DNA of 64,000 nt. Origin: Eledone cirrhosa (Eukaryota). The notes beneath the pieces are model-generated. The model was not told the origin of the DNA, did no database searches, and saw only the letters and a list, made by a program, of their open reading frames with translations. The number at the start of each line of letters is the position of its first letter. Position 1 is the first letter of the stretch. The DNA lies in the NCBI GenBank assembly GCA_964016885.1, contig OZ024740.1, forward strand, positions 414,594,001 to 414,658,000. Reading direction: 5' to 3'. The position numbers and the translations under genes were made by a program. Positions 31,200 to 44,375 of the stretch are shown here, one piece after another.

Positions 31200-31659
31200 A
31201 GTGTTAGAAAGCACTGAGCTAGTCTTCAATCTCAATTCCATGAATATTTCTGACACACACATTGTGACACATCTTATAAAAGAAGAAGAATATAATTCAT
31301 GCCTATATCTTTTCTCAAAGTTATGAAGCAATATAAGTGATACTGAGTTGAACTTAAAATCACATCTTAACCTCAACTTACCACAGGCTTAACCTATACT
31401 CAATAATGCTCATGCTTCGCAATTAATGCTTAATGTTGACTGTTGTTATGCACACCATAGTGTGTTAACAAACAAACATGATGGTTATGGCTGTAATACC
31501 TTTGCTCATAGGTCTACTGAATCAGGGTCAACTTGGGACTAAACGACACTAACAACACCTATCATACACAGCTGACCATCACTTGTATGAATACCTCCAG
31601 ACTCTTAGAATATTATACATTCCTACACACTACCAGATACAATACCATAACAAATTAAT

Positions 31660-31860
31660 GAGGGATGTTCAACATGATCAGTCGATCTGCCAAAAATAGT
31701 AGCCAAATCTCCCTTAAATTAGACCCTACCATCTTAGAAAAGGACATGTTGAATAACATGATCTTGAATCCTTTATACAGGGAAAAGATGGAATATTTAA
31801 AGCTTGAATGCCTTTGATAATAGGTCGGCTTGATCAGGGCTGACTTGAGCTAAACAACAA
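31660..31860 (+). mobile_element. Dispersed ~200-bp repeat family 2 (SINE-like), representative copy
   Basis: The shared GCAGCCAAATCTCCCT...GAATGCCTTTGATCATAGGTC...GCTAAACAACAAC pattern recurs near 2860(-), 4740, 5100(-), 7755, 21520, 21725, 37610 and 40150(-). Confidence 0.65.
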
Positions 31861-32099
31861 CTATCATACACTAACATGACATCATCACCACTAACTGCCA
31901 TGTGCCAACACTAAAACTTCACTGTTACCATATACCATCATATAGTACCACACAGCTCATGATACTATCACTGACAACCCTACTCTCCACAATCATACAG
32001 CACCACCACCACAACAATAACAAAAACAACAACAACATGCACGCTATCACCACCATCATTAATACTGTTTCACAACTATGCTTTATGCTTATGCTAACA

Positions 32100-32290
32100 T
32101 AATTGTTTCTACTTTTGGCACAAGGCCAGCAATTACTCAGTTCATTACTGGTACTTTATTTTATCGACCTGGTAAGGATGAAAGGCAAAGTTAACCTCGA
32201 CGGGATTTGAACTCAGACCGTAAAAGGACGTAACTATGCTGAAAAGCATGGCGTCTGACCCTCTACCGATACTGCCAATTCACTGCACTA
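32100..32290 (-). mobile_element. tRNA-derived SINE family 1, copy
   Basis: Reverse complement of the 33001-33193 type sequence. Confidence 0.8.
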
Positions 32291-32784
32291 TCATACAGAC
32301 CACCAATACCAAACCACACCACACACAATAAAACAGATTTGCTTCATTTTTTTTTTTACTTCAGGCTTTCACATTATCTTAAAGCTTAATTACATTTTGA
32401 AACATCAGCAGCAACAATAACAAAAAAAAAAAAGAAGCCAATAAAATGTATAGAAAATTATAAAAACTAACCACCTCCCTATGCACACCAATCACACACG
32501 TTAAGCACGTCTATAGATCATGCACGGCTAAGAAAGGTTGGGTGTGGAGAGATGATAAAAAAACAAAGTCAATAATACAAAATAAATCAGTTTACTTCGG
32601 ATATTCTGTTATTTAAGAAATATCCATCAAAACTGAATTCACAAGCTTTGTTTAGAGATTAAGAGGGGAAAAAATGCTAAACAGGTTTTAGATGTGAAAA
32701 ATCAATGTAACTTGCTGATAATTTTACAACTTAACTAAGCATATCATCTATCTATATCTGACTTTCTCTTAACAAACAAAAATA

Positions 32785-33415
32785 AAATACCAGTCAAATA
32801 CGGGGTCGATAAAATCAACTGTTCACCTCCCACATAATTTGCAGTTTCGTGCCAATGTTAAATACCAATATTATTATGGGCGGTGGATTGGCAGTATCGG
32901 TAGAGAGTCGGACACCATGCTACGGGGTCGATAAAATAAAGTACCAGTAATACACTGGGATAATTGCTGGCCTTGTGCCAAAAGTAGAAACAATTATTAT
33001 GGGTGGATTGGCAGTATCGGTAGAGAGTCGGACACCATGCTTTGAAGCATAGAGTTACGTCCCTTTATGATTTGAGTTCAAATCCCACCGAGGTTAACTT
33101 TGCCTTTCATCCTTACGGGGTCGATAAAAGAAAGTACCAGTAATACACTGGGGTAATTGCTGGCCTTGTGCCAAATGTAGAAACAATTATTATGAGAGAG
33201 TAAGTGTGGTGGATTGGCAGAATTGATAGAGAATTAGATAAAATACTGTTGTATTTGTTCTGACTTTATATTCTGAGTTCAAATTCCCCCCATGGTCAAC
33301 TTTGCCTTTCAACCTTCCAAGAGTCAATAAAAATACTGGGGTTGATTTAACCAACTTTGCCCTTCCTTCAAATGTGGAGGCTTTGTGCCTAAATTAGGAA
33401 TCAATATTATTATGA
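32785..33415 (+). mobile_element. Tandem cluster of SINE family 1 copies (partial, internally deleted, full, diverged)
   Basis: GTGGATTGGCAGTATCGGTAGAGAGTCGGACACCATGC occurs identically at ~32884 and ~33003. Each copy ends in CAATTATTAT or a similar sequence. Confidence 0.85.
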
Positions 33416-34026
33416 AGATAAAGAAGAAAAACTGCAATAAATGGCAGAGTGGGTGTATGGCCAATAACATAAGTTCTAATCAAATACTGGGACTGATAAT
33501 CAATTGTGCCTAATATTTTACACTGTGCCAGTCATAGAAATTCTTGGTGGGCATGACCTGAATAAATGGGGCTACATTCAGCATACATATAAAAAGGGTA
33601 AGGACCCCCTTCAGTCACAAATGACCATGGGATTTGCACCTACTAAAAAAATTGTGTGTGCATGTGTTCACATTAAAAAAAATTGTGTGTGCATGTGTGT
33701 TGTTGTTGTTGTTCAAGAAACAACTATGCTTGAAGTTTAACTTTTTATGAGATTTTTCTCATATTTTATTATAAGGCTCATTTCGAACACAAAGGTTCTT
33801 ACATCCTTATTTTCATCAATGTTTCTGGACTTTCACAGTCTCCTCAACAGGATAAGTTTTACTACCGCTTTTATTTTAGGCAGCCGTCCTCCCTATTTGA
33901 TCATAACTGACTTCTTCCACATTACAAGAAACCCTATATTTACGAACATACATTATATAATTACCAATTTCTCCCCAACCCAACCCCAACACCTGCATTT
34001 AAAAATATATATGTATATATATATAT

Positions 34027-34680
34027 GGGAAAAATTAGAAATAAGAGGGATCAGATGTTGTTTACTCGAGAGAAGGCTACGCTGGTATGGTCACGTGATG
34101 CGCATGAAAGACAACAGCTCTATAAAAAAGTGCAGGGTAATAAAAATAGACGGTAGCCACGGAGTAGGCAGACCTAGAAAAACCTGGGACGACTTGATAA
34201 ATTCCGACCTCACACACTTACACCTCTCCAAGACAATGTCACTGGACCGAGATCTTTGGGGCTACACAGTAATAGAGAAGACCCGCCTTACCTAAATACA
34301 AAGTAAAACCTACTACAGTCAGTAGGCACCTCTAACAAAATACACCCCGTCCCACTACCCCCACCCCATCCACACCACCCCTTTCAATGTAAAGTTATGT
34401 TGGTACCACAACATCCAGGCCGAAACAAATGAGGTTGTGTAGGTGTCACGACAAAAAAACACAGTCGACGCTGTAATGTGGCCGTGTAGGTAACACGGTA
34501 AAAACCTCCCAGTTCCACACTGTAAATGTGGTTGGTGTTAGGGAGGGCATCCAGCCGTAGAAAACCCGCCAGACAGTCCTATGCGAGCAAGACAACCACT
34601 CTTGCCTCAAGTGGGAAAACTCCCGTCCAAACCCATGCAAGCGTGGAATATGGACGTTAAATGATGATGATGATGATGAT
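34027..34680 (+). mobile_element. RTE family B 5'-truncated copy
   Basis: [25 protein letters not shown]...EKTRLT*, a ~380-nt 3' UTR and an (ATG)n tail. Both ends abut TA-rich repeats. Confidence 0.95.
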
Positions 34681-34734
34681 ATACACACACACATATACAT
34701 GTATATATATATATATATATATATGCATTTAAAA

Positions 34735-34767
<33 letters not shown>

Positions 34768-34792
34768 CACACACACACACATATACATGTAT

Positions 34793-35120
34793 ATCATCAT
34801 TTCATTTTACGTCCGCTTTTTCCCTGCTTGCAAGGGTGGGACGGGAACTGATTTTGCCTTGATTTCTACAGCTGGATGCTCTTCCTAACACCAACCTCAT
34901 TTACAGTGAGTGCTGGTTGCTTTTTTGCCGTGGCACCTCCACGACCACTTTGCAGTGGAATGATATGGACACCAGTCCCTATCATTTCATTTCTACAACT
35001 GAGTAAACTGGAGCAATGTGAAATAAAGTGTCTTGCTCAAGGAAACAACACATCACCCAGTCTGAGAATTGAACTCACAACCTTTCGATTGCAAGGCCAA
35101 TGCTCTAACCACTAAGCCAT
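34793..35120 (-). mobile_element. tRNA-headed SINE with RTE family A 3' tail
   Basis: A-box TGGCTTAGTGG, B-box GAGTTCAATTC, CORE-like CCTTGAGCAAGACACTTTA, and the RTE UTR motif. The 3' end CCCGTCCCACCCTTGCAAGCAGGGAAAAAGCGGACGTAAAATGA is nearly identical to 49688-49730. Confidence 0.88.
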
Positions 35121-35300
35121 GTATATGTGTGTGTGTATATACACACACACACATATACATGTATATATATATACACACACACACATGTATATATATATAC
35201 ACACACACATGTATATATAATCAAAAAACAAAAACAATAACAAAGTGTGCAGTACGAACAGTGTAGTATTAGGTTCACACTTGAGAGTGGGGGGGGGGGG

Positions 35301-35360
<60 letters not shown>

Positions 35361-35363
<3 letters not shown>

Positions 35364-36557
35364 AATTCCAAACCTGGAAGCAGGGACTAGAGAGAAAGCG
35401 TCTCAAAGTCAACATGACAAAGACTAAGGTCCTTGTAAGTAGACGAGAAAACAGAACCCAGATCCCCTCAGGGAAATGGCCTTGCTCAGTATGTAGGAAA
35501 GGTGTAGGTAGGAACTCCATTCTCTGCCCCAAATGCAAACAATGGGTACACAAGAGATGTAGCGAGATCTCAGGAAGCTTAATTAAGAATGTAGGATTCA
35601 CATGCAGCAGCTGTGCTGAAACAGCAAGCAGCAAACAGCCACAGGAAACAAGTACCACCAATCTCTGGGAGGGCCCTGTAGAAACAGTAGACAGCTTCTG
35701 CTACCTAGGTGACCGAATTAGCAACGGAGGTGGGTGTTCAGAAAGTACAATAACTAGGGTAAGAACGGGATGGAAGAAGTTTAGGGAACTACTACCACTG
35801 CTAGCTGCAAAAGGCTTCTCCCTCAGAATGAAAGGCAGACTGTATGATGCGTGTATCCGAACAGCGATGTTGCATGGTAGTGAGACCTGGGCGCTGAAGA
35901 TGGAAGACTTACGTAGATTAGAGAGAAACGAAGCCTGCATGCTCCGATGGATGTGTAACAGTAATATATGTGAACGACAAAGCATAAATGAATTGAGAGA
36001 GAGACTGAGCATAAGAGGAATCAAATGTTGTGTGCAGGAGAGGCGGTTGCGCTGGTATGGACATGTGATGCGTATGAAGGATGACAGCTGCATAAAAAGG
36101 TGCAGAGCACTAGAAGTTGATGGAAACCGCGGAGTGGGGAGACCCAAGATGACCTGGGATGAGGTGATAAAAGCCGACCTTACCCAATTACACCTCTCAA
36201 AGACAATGACACACGACCGTGACTTCTGGCGTCACGCAGTAATACAGAGTACCCGACCTCTCATGGGTACAAGCTGAAGCATATAAACAATATGCCCCCA
36301 CACCCCCCACCGCAAAAAAGCACCCAGCCCACACTGTAAAGTGGACGTGTAGGCGCCACGAAAAAGCACCCAGCACTCACTGTAAATGAGGTTGGTGTTA
36401 GGAAGGGCATCCAGCTGTAGAAATCAAGCCAAATCAGTTCCTGTATGAGCAAGGCATGGTCAGCCGACCAGACACTGCGCACAACAGGACAACCTGTCTA
36501 ACCCATGCTAGCGTGGAAGAACGGACGTAAAACGGTGATGATGATGATGATGATGAT
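35361..36557 (+). mobile_element. RTE family C 5'-truncated copy
   Basis: Open frame to 36277 from KFQTWKQGLE through the C4HC3 finger, FCYLG and RLRWYGHV. It ends in a 3' UTR and (ATG)n tail and is TA-flanked. Confidence 0.95.
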
Positions 36558-36580
36558 ATATATATATACACACACACACA

Positions 36581-36780
36581 TAAGGGTCAGCTGAAAAAGT
36601 AATAGGCTGACCAAGATACTCTCATGGAATGACCAAATGAGGTTTATTTTTCAACATAGTCCGAGGAAAGAAATAATGCAGTTATTAATAACAAGAATTC
36701 GAAATTAATGTATTCAAGATTTCACAGCACTAGCATCAATCCTTCATAGTCAGCCTATGAACCTTTCAGCTGACCCTCAT
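36581..36780. mobile_element. Mariner-type MITE
   Basis: ~29-bp TIRs AGGGTCAGCTGAAAAAGTAATAGGCTGAC / GTCAGCCTATGAACCTTTCAGCTGACCCT in a TA context. Confidence 0.82.
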
Positions 36781-39700
36781 AGATATATATGCGTGTGTAT
36801 GTGTGTCCATGTTAGCAGTCCTACAAAAATAGATTGATAGAATAAGTACCAGACTGGAGAAAATAAATACTGGGGTCGATATGACTGACTAAAATCCTTT
36901 CATTAATATCCTGCATGATATCATGCTATGATACCACAATATCTATACTATACTACTATGATACTGCATGATATCTATTTTGTACTAACAAGATATAACA
37001 ATATTTATACACTATAACAATGATATACTACAATATTTACAATATTCTACAATATTTCTACTATACCATAGCACTACATTGAAGCTGTACCCTTTCACAA
37101 GGCTATAGTAACACAACTATGCTACGCTGATATACCATTCCCTCACTTTTATTCCATTCTATTCTGCAGAAGAAGAAAAAAAACAGAAATCAGATTCTCT
37201 TGCAGCAATATTGATTAAGTTGCTATATGTAGTTAGACTTTTAGATAGATAATTTTCTTCTTTATTTTTCTTCTTTTTTTATTTTTTATTTTATTTTAAA
37301 TATGACATCAAAAGGGCAAAATAGTGGCAGTCTGGGAATTTAATTCAACTTGTTTGCATTATTAAATTAGTATTAACAGGAACAGTGGTTGACAGAGAAT
37401 TTGGCAATTTCTACATGTAAGAGAGGGGATGAGTGAGAATTTCTTTAGTTTTTCACAATATAGAGCCCCAATACCACTGCGCCCATCACCCTCCCATTCT
37501 TCTGTGACCCTAGAGCCCTTGTCTTACCTTTCCTTTCATAACCAAAATTTTCATAACCAAAAAAAACACTTGCATTTTTTACTATAAAACATATGGAGTT
37601 AACGTTTTCAACCTGCAAATTTAACAGCAGCTAAATTTACCATTGTGTCACGCCTACCATCTTTAAAAGGACACATTTGATGATGTATTCTATGGTATAC
37701 AATAGCTGAGAAAAGATGGTTAGAATGCCTTTGATCATACGACTGAACAAGCTAGCCTGACCTGGGGTTAAGCATCAACATTTGTCATAGGAAGAAGGAA
37801 TAGCTAAGTAATTAAATAAATTATTATCTGGTACTTTAATATCTTTTGAGGGATATATTTACATGAGTTAACAAGTTCTCTTTCATTAGTTATAACAGTT
37901 GATACCTCTCACTTGCAATTTCTTTATTCATGGGCTATTAACTCCTGATGGAGTCATAGGGGCACTGTTGTGACATACGTCTTGGGCATTTTTAAACACG
38001 GCACAGGTCTGAACACAGTTAATTTCTTCCAGACAATAAGAGAGAACAAGAGAGAGAAAGTGAAAAAGAGATTTAAGAAGAATTGAACTTGATACTGGAT
38101 GTTATCACCCATGAAAAAATGAAACACAAAATTGACTTTCATGGGATTTGATTTCAGAGTGCAAATAGGCAGAACAAACACCACAAAGCATTTCTATCCA
38201 TCATCATAGTGACTATGAATTAATTACCTAAATTATTTGTACTCTGGCATAAATAACTGAAGAGAAGATAAACTCTGGTTTTATCCCATGAGACATAACT
38301 GCAGTTAAATGAAGGTTTAGGGGAACTTAACAATTATTATTACCAACAGTATAGCACAAACATAAGCAATGGATGATTATGTGGTTGAGAAGCTTACTTC
38401 GTAACCACCTAACTCCAGGTTCAATCCTACAGTTGATTTAGTGTTTTCTATCATAGCTTCTGGCAGACCAATGATTAGTGTGTGTAATTTGGTAGATGAA
38501 AACTATGTGGAAGCCCATCACATATGTATATGTATATCTTTTACAGATGTATTTTAGTGAAAAATACAAGACACTAGTGGTGTTTATCTTTCGTCATTGG
38601 AAATGTAATGAACAATTCATTGGCTTTTTAGAAAACATTATTGTTCAGATAATATAAAGTACCAGTAATACACTGGGATAATTGCTGGCCTTGTACCAAA
38701 AGTAGAAACAATTATTGTTCAGAAAATTTGATGTAAATTATCATCATCATCAAATGTCTTTTCCCTGATAGCAAGAGTCGGGCAGGACATCATTGACCAA
38801 ATCAGTACTCAAGCAGAAACTGCATCTGGTTTACATACATTTCCAAGCTCTACTGAGTGCTTAGAGAGGTCGGAGCTGCCTTTTATCCTATGACTAGGGA
38901 TGTTATGCCTTTGACAAAGCTGAAGAGTAAATGTTTGAAAAAAGTCATAAAACAAGTAAATCCAAAGAACAATTCTTCAATAGCATGACAGTAAATAGAT
39001 AAAGTACATAATATAATTATAAGATCTGTTTAGTAGGATGGTATGGTTCATCATCACCATTGATTTCAACAATAAATTATACTGTTGTTATTAAGTAGCT
39101 CCAGTTAACTGTGCGTGTAAGATCTCACATAAGATCTATCTCTAAAATACTCAGATACAACGTACAGGTAAATAAATAAATCTATAAATGAATAAAGACT
39201 GAGAACTGAAACTGATGTAAAATTGATTAATTTGTCTGAGTGCTTAAGCCAAAGTGAAAGTATTTATAAATAAATGTGTTTCAGCTGTGTTTAAGTCATC
39301 TGAACAAGTGTTTGGGTCATGTTTAAAGTCTATACTTAATCATAACAGAAGTTATGTTATAATCTTGTTTTGATTGAACACCAAATAGAATGGAATATGT
39401 TTTATCATATTTCTTATTAAACAGCCATTCACAGAATTATGTTTTGATATGTGTGAGAGGGTGTGTGTGCATAAGTGTGTTGAGCATACATGTGTGTGTG
39501 CATGCATATGTGTATATGTGAATGTATGCATGTGCACAGTCGTGCATGCATGTGTATGTATACAGGTGTGCATGCATGTGTATTTAGAAAGAATGAGCTA
39601 AGTTCCTGACTTGAAGAATTGGTAAAATAAGGTTGATTCTGTGAAGAGTTGACCTCAGGAGTAAGCAAAAAAATATAAAGCACATGAAATATATTGAAAC

Positions 39701-40585
39701 TATAAAACATGGTGAAGGTACATAGTCTAGTTGTTAAGATGTTGGATTCAATCCCCAGACCAAATGACATGTGTTCTTGAGCAAAGCATTTCATTTCACG
39801 TTGCTCCAGTTTACTCAGTTTAAAATGACTTCCAGTGAAAACTAGGTGTGAAGCATGTAATGGACTAGTGTCTAGTCCAATAGTTTAATGCCCATAAAAC
39901 CAGGATAAACACTGAACTTCGTCCAACCCATACAAGCATGAAAGAAGATAGATGTAAAATGATAACACTGACTCAATAAAACGCAATCAAGTGCCAAGAG
40001 ATACGTCTGTTTATGGTTAAAACTAAAAACCTTAAACCATTCATTATCATATTTATAATGAAAGACACTGCCTATGATTTTCAAATAATTGCAATTACAG
40101 TATTCTCAACTGTTATAAGAAAATTCAGGTTAGCTAGAGCTGATTGTCAGTGTTGGTGTTTAGCCCTTAGTCTATACTGATAAAACAAACCTATGATGAA
40201 AGACATTCCAACTATGACTATTCCATTTTTTTTCTTAATATATTTAGGATTACATTATTTAATGTTTCCTTTTAAAGATGGTAGGTTGGGATTTGAGAAA
40301 GATTTGGCTTCTAAGTTTAAATGACCACATAAAAGCTTTCTCATTTGCTGGAGTTATCCTCATAGTTTGTGTAGTCAGTGCTCATTGCTTCTATGGAAAT
40401 GAGGTAGCCAAAGTTGAACTATGCATAGATTTGAGATAGGCTAAGTTAGCTGCTGACAATGAGTTGAAGTAGCTTAAATTAGTAAATGAGATAGTTTCAG
40501 TTATTTTTATTAAATTGAGTTATTCCCTCTGCCATTTCTAGATGATGGTGTTGCACATTTCAGGAACTACTAAACTTCTCTGTAT

Positions 40586-40801
40586 TTAACCCTTTAGCAT
40601 TTAAACCAGCTGTATCCGGCCAGGGTTCTCTCACCTCTCTATGTTCAAACCAGCTGTAACCAGCAACTCATATCGACATTATGGTACTGTTCTCAAAATA
40701 AATAATATCAAAATCTCATAGATTTGATATTATGTGAGGTAAAGCCTTTATCATGAAAATACAACAGTAAATATAGAGTAATGCAAATGCTAAAGGGTTA
40801 A
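40586..40801 (+). mobile_element. TTAA-flanked piggyBac-type MITE, copy 4
   Basis: TTAA-CCCTTTAGCATTT...AAATGCTAAAGGG-TTAA. An isolated left end also sits at 51753-51770. Confidence 0.88.
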
Positions 40802-41402
40802 TGTGCTGGTTTTGTGAGTGTAACCTGGATGGATAATTAGATGGATTGTTAGTATGTTGGTTGATTGATTAGTTATTTAGTTGCTTGCTTGGATGGTTAG
40901 ATGGCTGTAAAGACAGACAAACAGATGGATAGATAAATAGATATCTTTGCTTACACTACACCTTTTCTTAATAGATGGTTTAAAACAGTTATACAACTGC
41001 ATGTGATAATGTTAGGGCTGACAACAAGGTTGATATGTATCAATGTTAGTAAGAGATCCTTTCTACTTATTTTTTTGTTTTTTTGTTGTTGCTTTTCTTG
41101 GGGGGGGGGGGGGGAGGATTAAGGAAGCAAACAAACCAGTTGTACAACTACATTTTACAAATTCAAATGGATTGAAAATAATCAGTTTGTATCATTCAGT
41201 CTCAATAACCAAAGGAAACAATTACATAGAATCAATAAGTAAGAAATAATATATATATAATTCTGGAATTAGCCGTCGAAACGGCTTGAGCTCTGCCGTC
41301 GGGGTCATACTTGCTTCTATTACCCGCTCTACTACCCTAAGTATTGAGTACTTTGGTGCGTTATGGTCCATCTAGTTCCTTACCACATTTCCTTAGTTAT
41401 AT

Positions 41403-41453
<51 letters not shown>

Positions 41454-41489
41454 ATGTATATACATATATATATATATATGATATGTATA

Positions 41490-41525
<36 letters not shown>

Positions 41526-41584
41526 ATGTATATATATATATATATGATATGTATATACATATATATATTTATATATATGATATG

Positions 41585-41616
<32 letters not shown>

Positions 41617-41623
41617 TGATATA

Positions 41624-44231
41624 CACAGCCAGAAATAAATTTCAAAGCATATTACTTGATGCTTTCGACAGTAAGGAAGAACATTTAGAGTCGGACAATA
41701 TAGAGGGACAGTGGGAATTTCTGAAAGCAAACCTGCTGTTGGCGACAGACGAAGTCTGTGGCTGGAGCAGGCCTGTAGGCAGGAGGAGAGTAACATGGTG
41801 GTGGAACAGTAAGGTGGAGGGGTCAATTAAGGCCAAAAAGCAGGCTTGGAAAGTATGGCGGGATGGGGGAAGTAGAGTAGACTATCAAGTGGCCAGGAGG
41901 GAAGCTAGGAGAGAAGTGTACTTAGCAAGAAGGGAAGCTGAGGAAAGAAAGTTCAAGCATGTTCTACAACGCGATGACCAAACACGTGAGGTGTTCAGGA
42001 TTGCTAGGCAATGCGTCAAGGAAAACCGTGATATTGTTGGGGAGAAGTGTGTACTTAACGATGATGGCATACTTGCCATCACCGACGCTGATAAGAAGGT
42101 AGCTTGGAAGTGTCACTATGAAAGGCTACTAAATGAGGAGAATAAATGGGAGAAAGACAGTCTCCCCCATATCGACCCAATAGAGGGACCAGCAGTGTTA
42201 GTCGAGGGGAGTATAATAAGTAAGGCAATCAAGGATATGAAGACGGGTAAGGCGGCTGGGCCTTCGGAAATAGTTGCTGAGATGCTGAAGGCATCTGGCA
42301 CGGTGGGACACACCATGGTCACCCGCATAGTTAACCAAGTCGTACAGAATGGGGTTGTTCCGAAGGACTGGCATAGCAGCATCATCGTTAACTGTTATAA
42401 GGGTAAAGGAGACGCCCTAGATAGGAGTAACTATAGAGGCATTAAATTAATCGACCAGGTCATGAAGGTCACGGAAAAAGTAATAGCGCAACTAATCAGA
42501 GAGAGAATTGACCTAGATGAAATGCAGTTCGGGTTTGTGTCAGGCAAAAGTACCACAGACGCTCTTTTCATAGTACAACAACTACAGGAGAAGTACCTAG
42601 CTAAAGGTAAACCCCTCTACTTAGCTTTTGTCGACTTGGAGAAAGCCTTCGACAGAGTCCCCCGCTCCATTATCTGGTGGGCTCTTAGAAAACTAGGCGT
42701 TGACGAATGGCTTGTGAGGGCTATACAAGCCATGTATAAAGAAACAGTCAGCAAGGTTAGAATTAACAACGAATATAGTGAAGAGTTTAGCATAAAAGTT
42801 GGCGTCCATCAGGGCTCTGTTCTCAGCCCCCTACTATTTATTATTGCCCTTCAGGCTATAACAGAGGAGTTCAAGACAGGCTGCCCATGGGAACTCCTAT
42901 ACGCAGACGACCTGACACTCATAGCGGAATCAATGGCCGAGCTAGAGAAGAAATTCCAAACATGGAAGCACGGCCTAGAGTCAAAAGGACTTAAAATTAA
43001 CCTGGCTAAGACCAAAGTTCTAGTTTGTAGGAAAGAAAACAAGGCGGCGGTCCCCTCTGGGAAATGGTCGTGGTCGGTGTGTAGGAAAGGCGTAGGTAGA
43101 AACTCCATTTTATGTCCTAAATGCAAAGTATGGGTGCATAAAAGATGTAGTGGGATCACAGGTAAGCTAACTAAGAACATAGATTTTACATGTGGCCGGT
43201 GTTCTGGTGCAATAAGTAGCAGCAAGTGCCCACAAAATACTAGCTCTTTCAATTGCGCAAAGGGTTCCATAGAAATAGTGGACAGCTTCCGTTACCTGGG
43301 CGATAAAATCAGCAGTGGGGGAGGGTGCTCTGAAAGTACAGTAGCTAGAGTCACAACTGGTTGGAAAAAGTTCAGAGAGCTTAATAGCTGCTAAAGGGTT
43401 CTCCCTAAAAATGAAAGGCAGGTTGTACGATGCCTGCATACGAACAGCAATGTTGCATGGCAGTGAGACCTGGGCATTGTGTGCAGAGGATATATGCAGA
43501 CTAGAGAGGAACGAAGCTTGCATGCTCCGCTGGATGTGTAACAGTAATATACGTGAACGGCAAAGCATAAACGAACTAAGGAAAAAATTAGAGATAAGAG
43601 GGATCAGATGTTGTTTACTCGAGAGAAGGCTACGTTGGTATGGACACGTGATACGCATGAAAGTCGATAGCTGTATAACAAAGTGCAGGGCAATAAAGAT
43701 AGACGGTAGCCACGGAATAGGCAGACCTAGAAAAACCTGGGACGAGCTGATAAACTCCGACCTCACACACTTACACCTCTCCAAGACAATGTCACTGGAC
43801 CGAGACCTTTGGCGGTACTCAGTAACAGAGAAGACCCGCCTTACCTAAATATATAGTAAAACCTACTCCAGCCAGTAGGCATCTCTAACAAAATACACCC
43901 CGTCCCACCACCACCACCCCCACCCCCACCCCGTTCTATGTAAAGTTATGTTGGTGCCGCGCCATCCAGGCCGAAACAAATGAGATCGTGTAGGTGTCAC
44001 GACAAAAAACACACAGTCCACGCTGTAATGTGGCCGTGTAGGCAACACGGTAAAAACCTCGCAGACCCACACTGTAAATGTGGTTGGTGTTAGGAAGGGC
44101 ATCCAACTGTAGAAAACCTGCCAGACAGTCCTATGCGAGCAAGACAATCACTCTTGCCTCAAGTGGGACTACCCCCGTCCAAACCCATGCAAGCGTGGAA
44201 CACGGACGTTAAACGTTGATGATGATGATTG
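41624..44231 (+). mobile_element. RTE family B, 2.6-kb 5'-truncated copy with complete RT
   Basis: KAAGPS, NYRGIKL, FVDLEKAFD, GVHQGSVLSP and LYADD motifs. An ~8-nt deletion near 43383 (relative to the copy at 53080) shifts the frame. The ORF ends at 43848, followed by the 3' UTR and (ATG)n. Confidence 0.97.
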
Positions 44232-44246
44232 ATGATGATATGTATA

Positions 44247-44311
44247 TCTGTCTAACCCATGCTAGCGTGGAAGAACGGACGTAAAACGGTGATGATGATG
44301 ATGATGATGAT
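44247..44311 (+). mobile_element. RTE family C 3'-terminal stub
   Basis: CTGTCTAACCCATGCTAGCGTGGAAGAACGGACGTAAAACGGTGATG is identical to 36494-36540. Confidence 0.9.
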
Positions 44312-44337
44312 ACATATATATATATATATATGATATG

Positions 44338-44370
<33 letters not shown>

Positions 44371-44375
<5 letters not shown>

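Noticed and set aside
35000-35120. tRNA gene
   Set aside because: A and B boxes are present but there is no convincing cloverleaf or terminator, and it continues into a SINE body.
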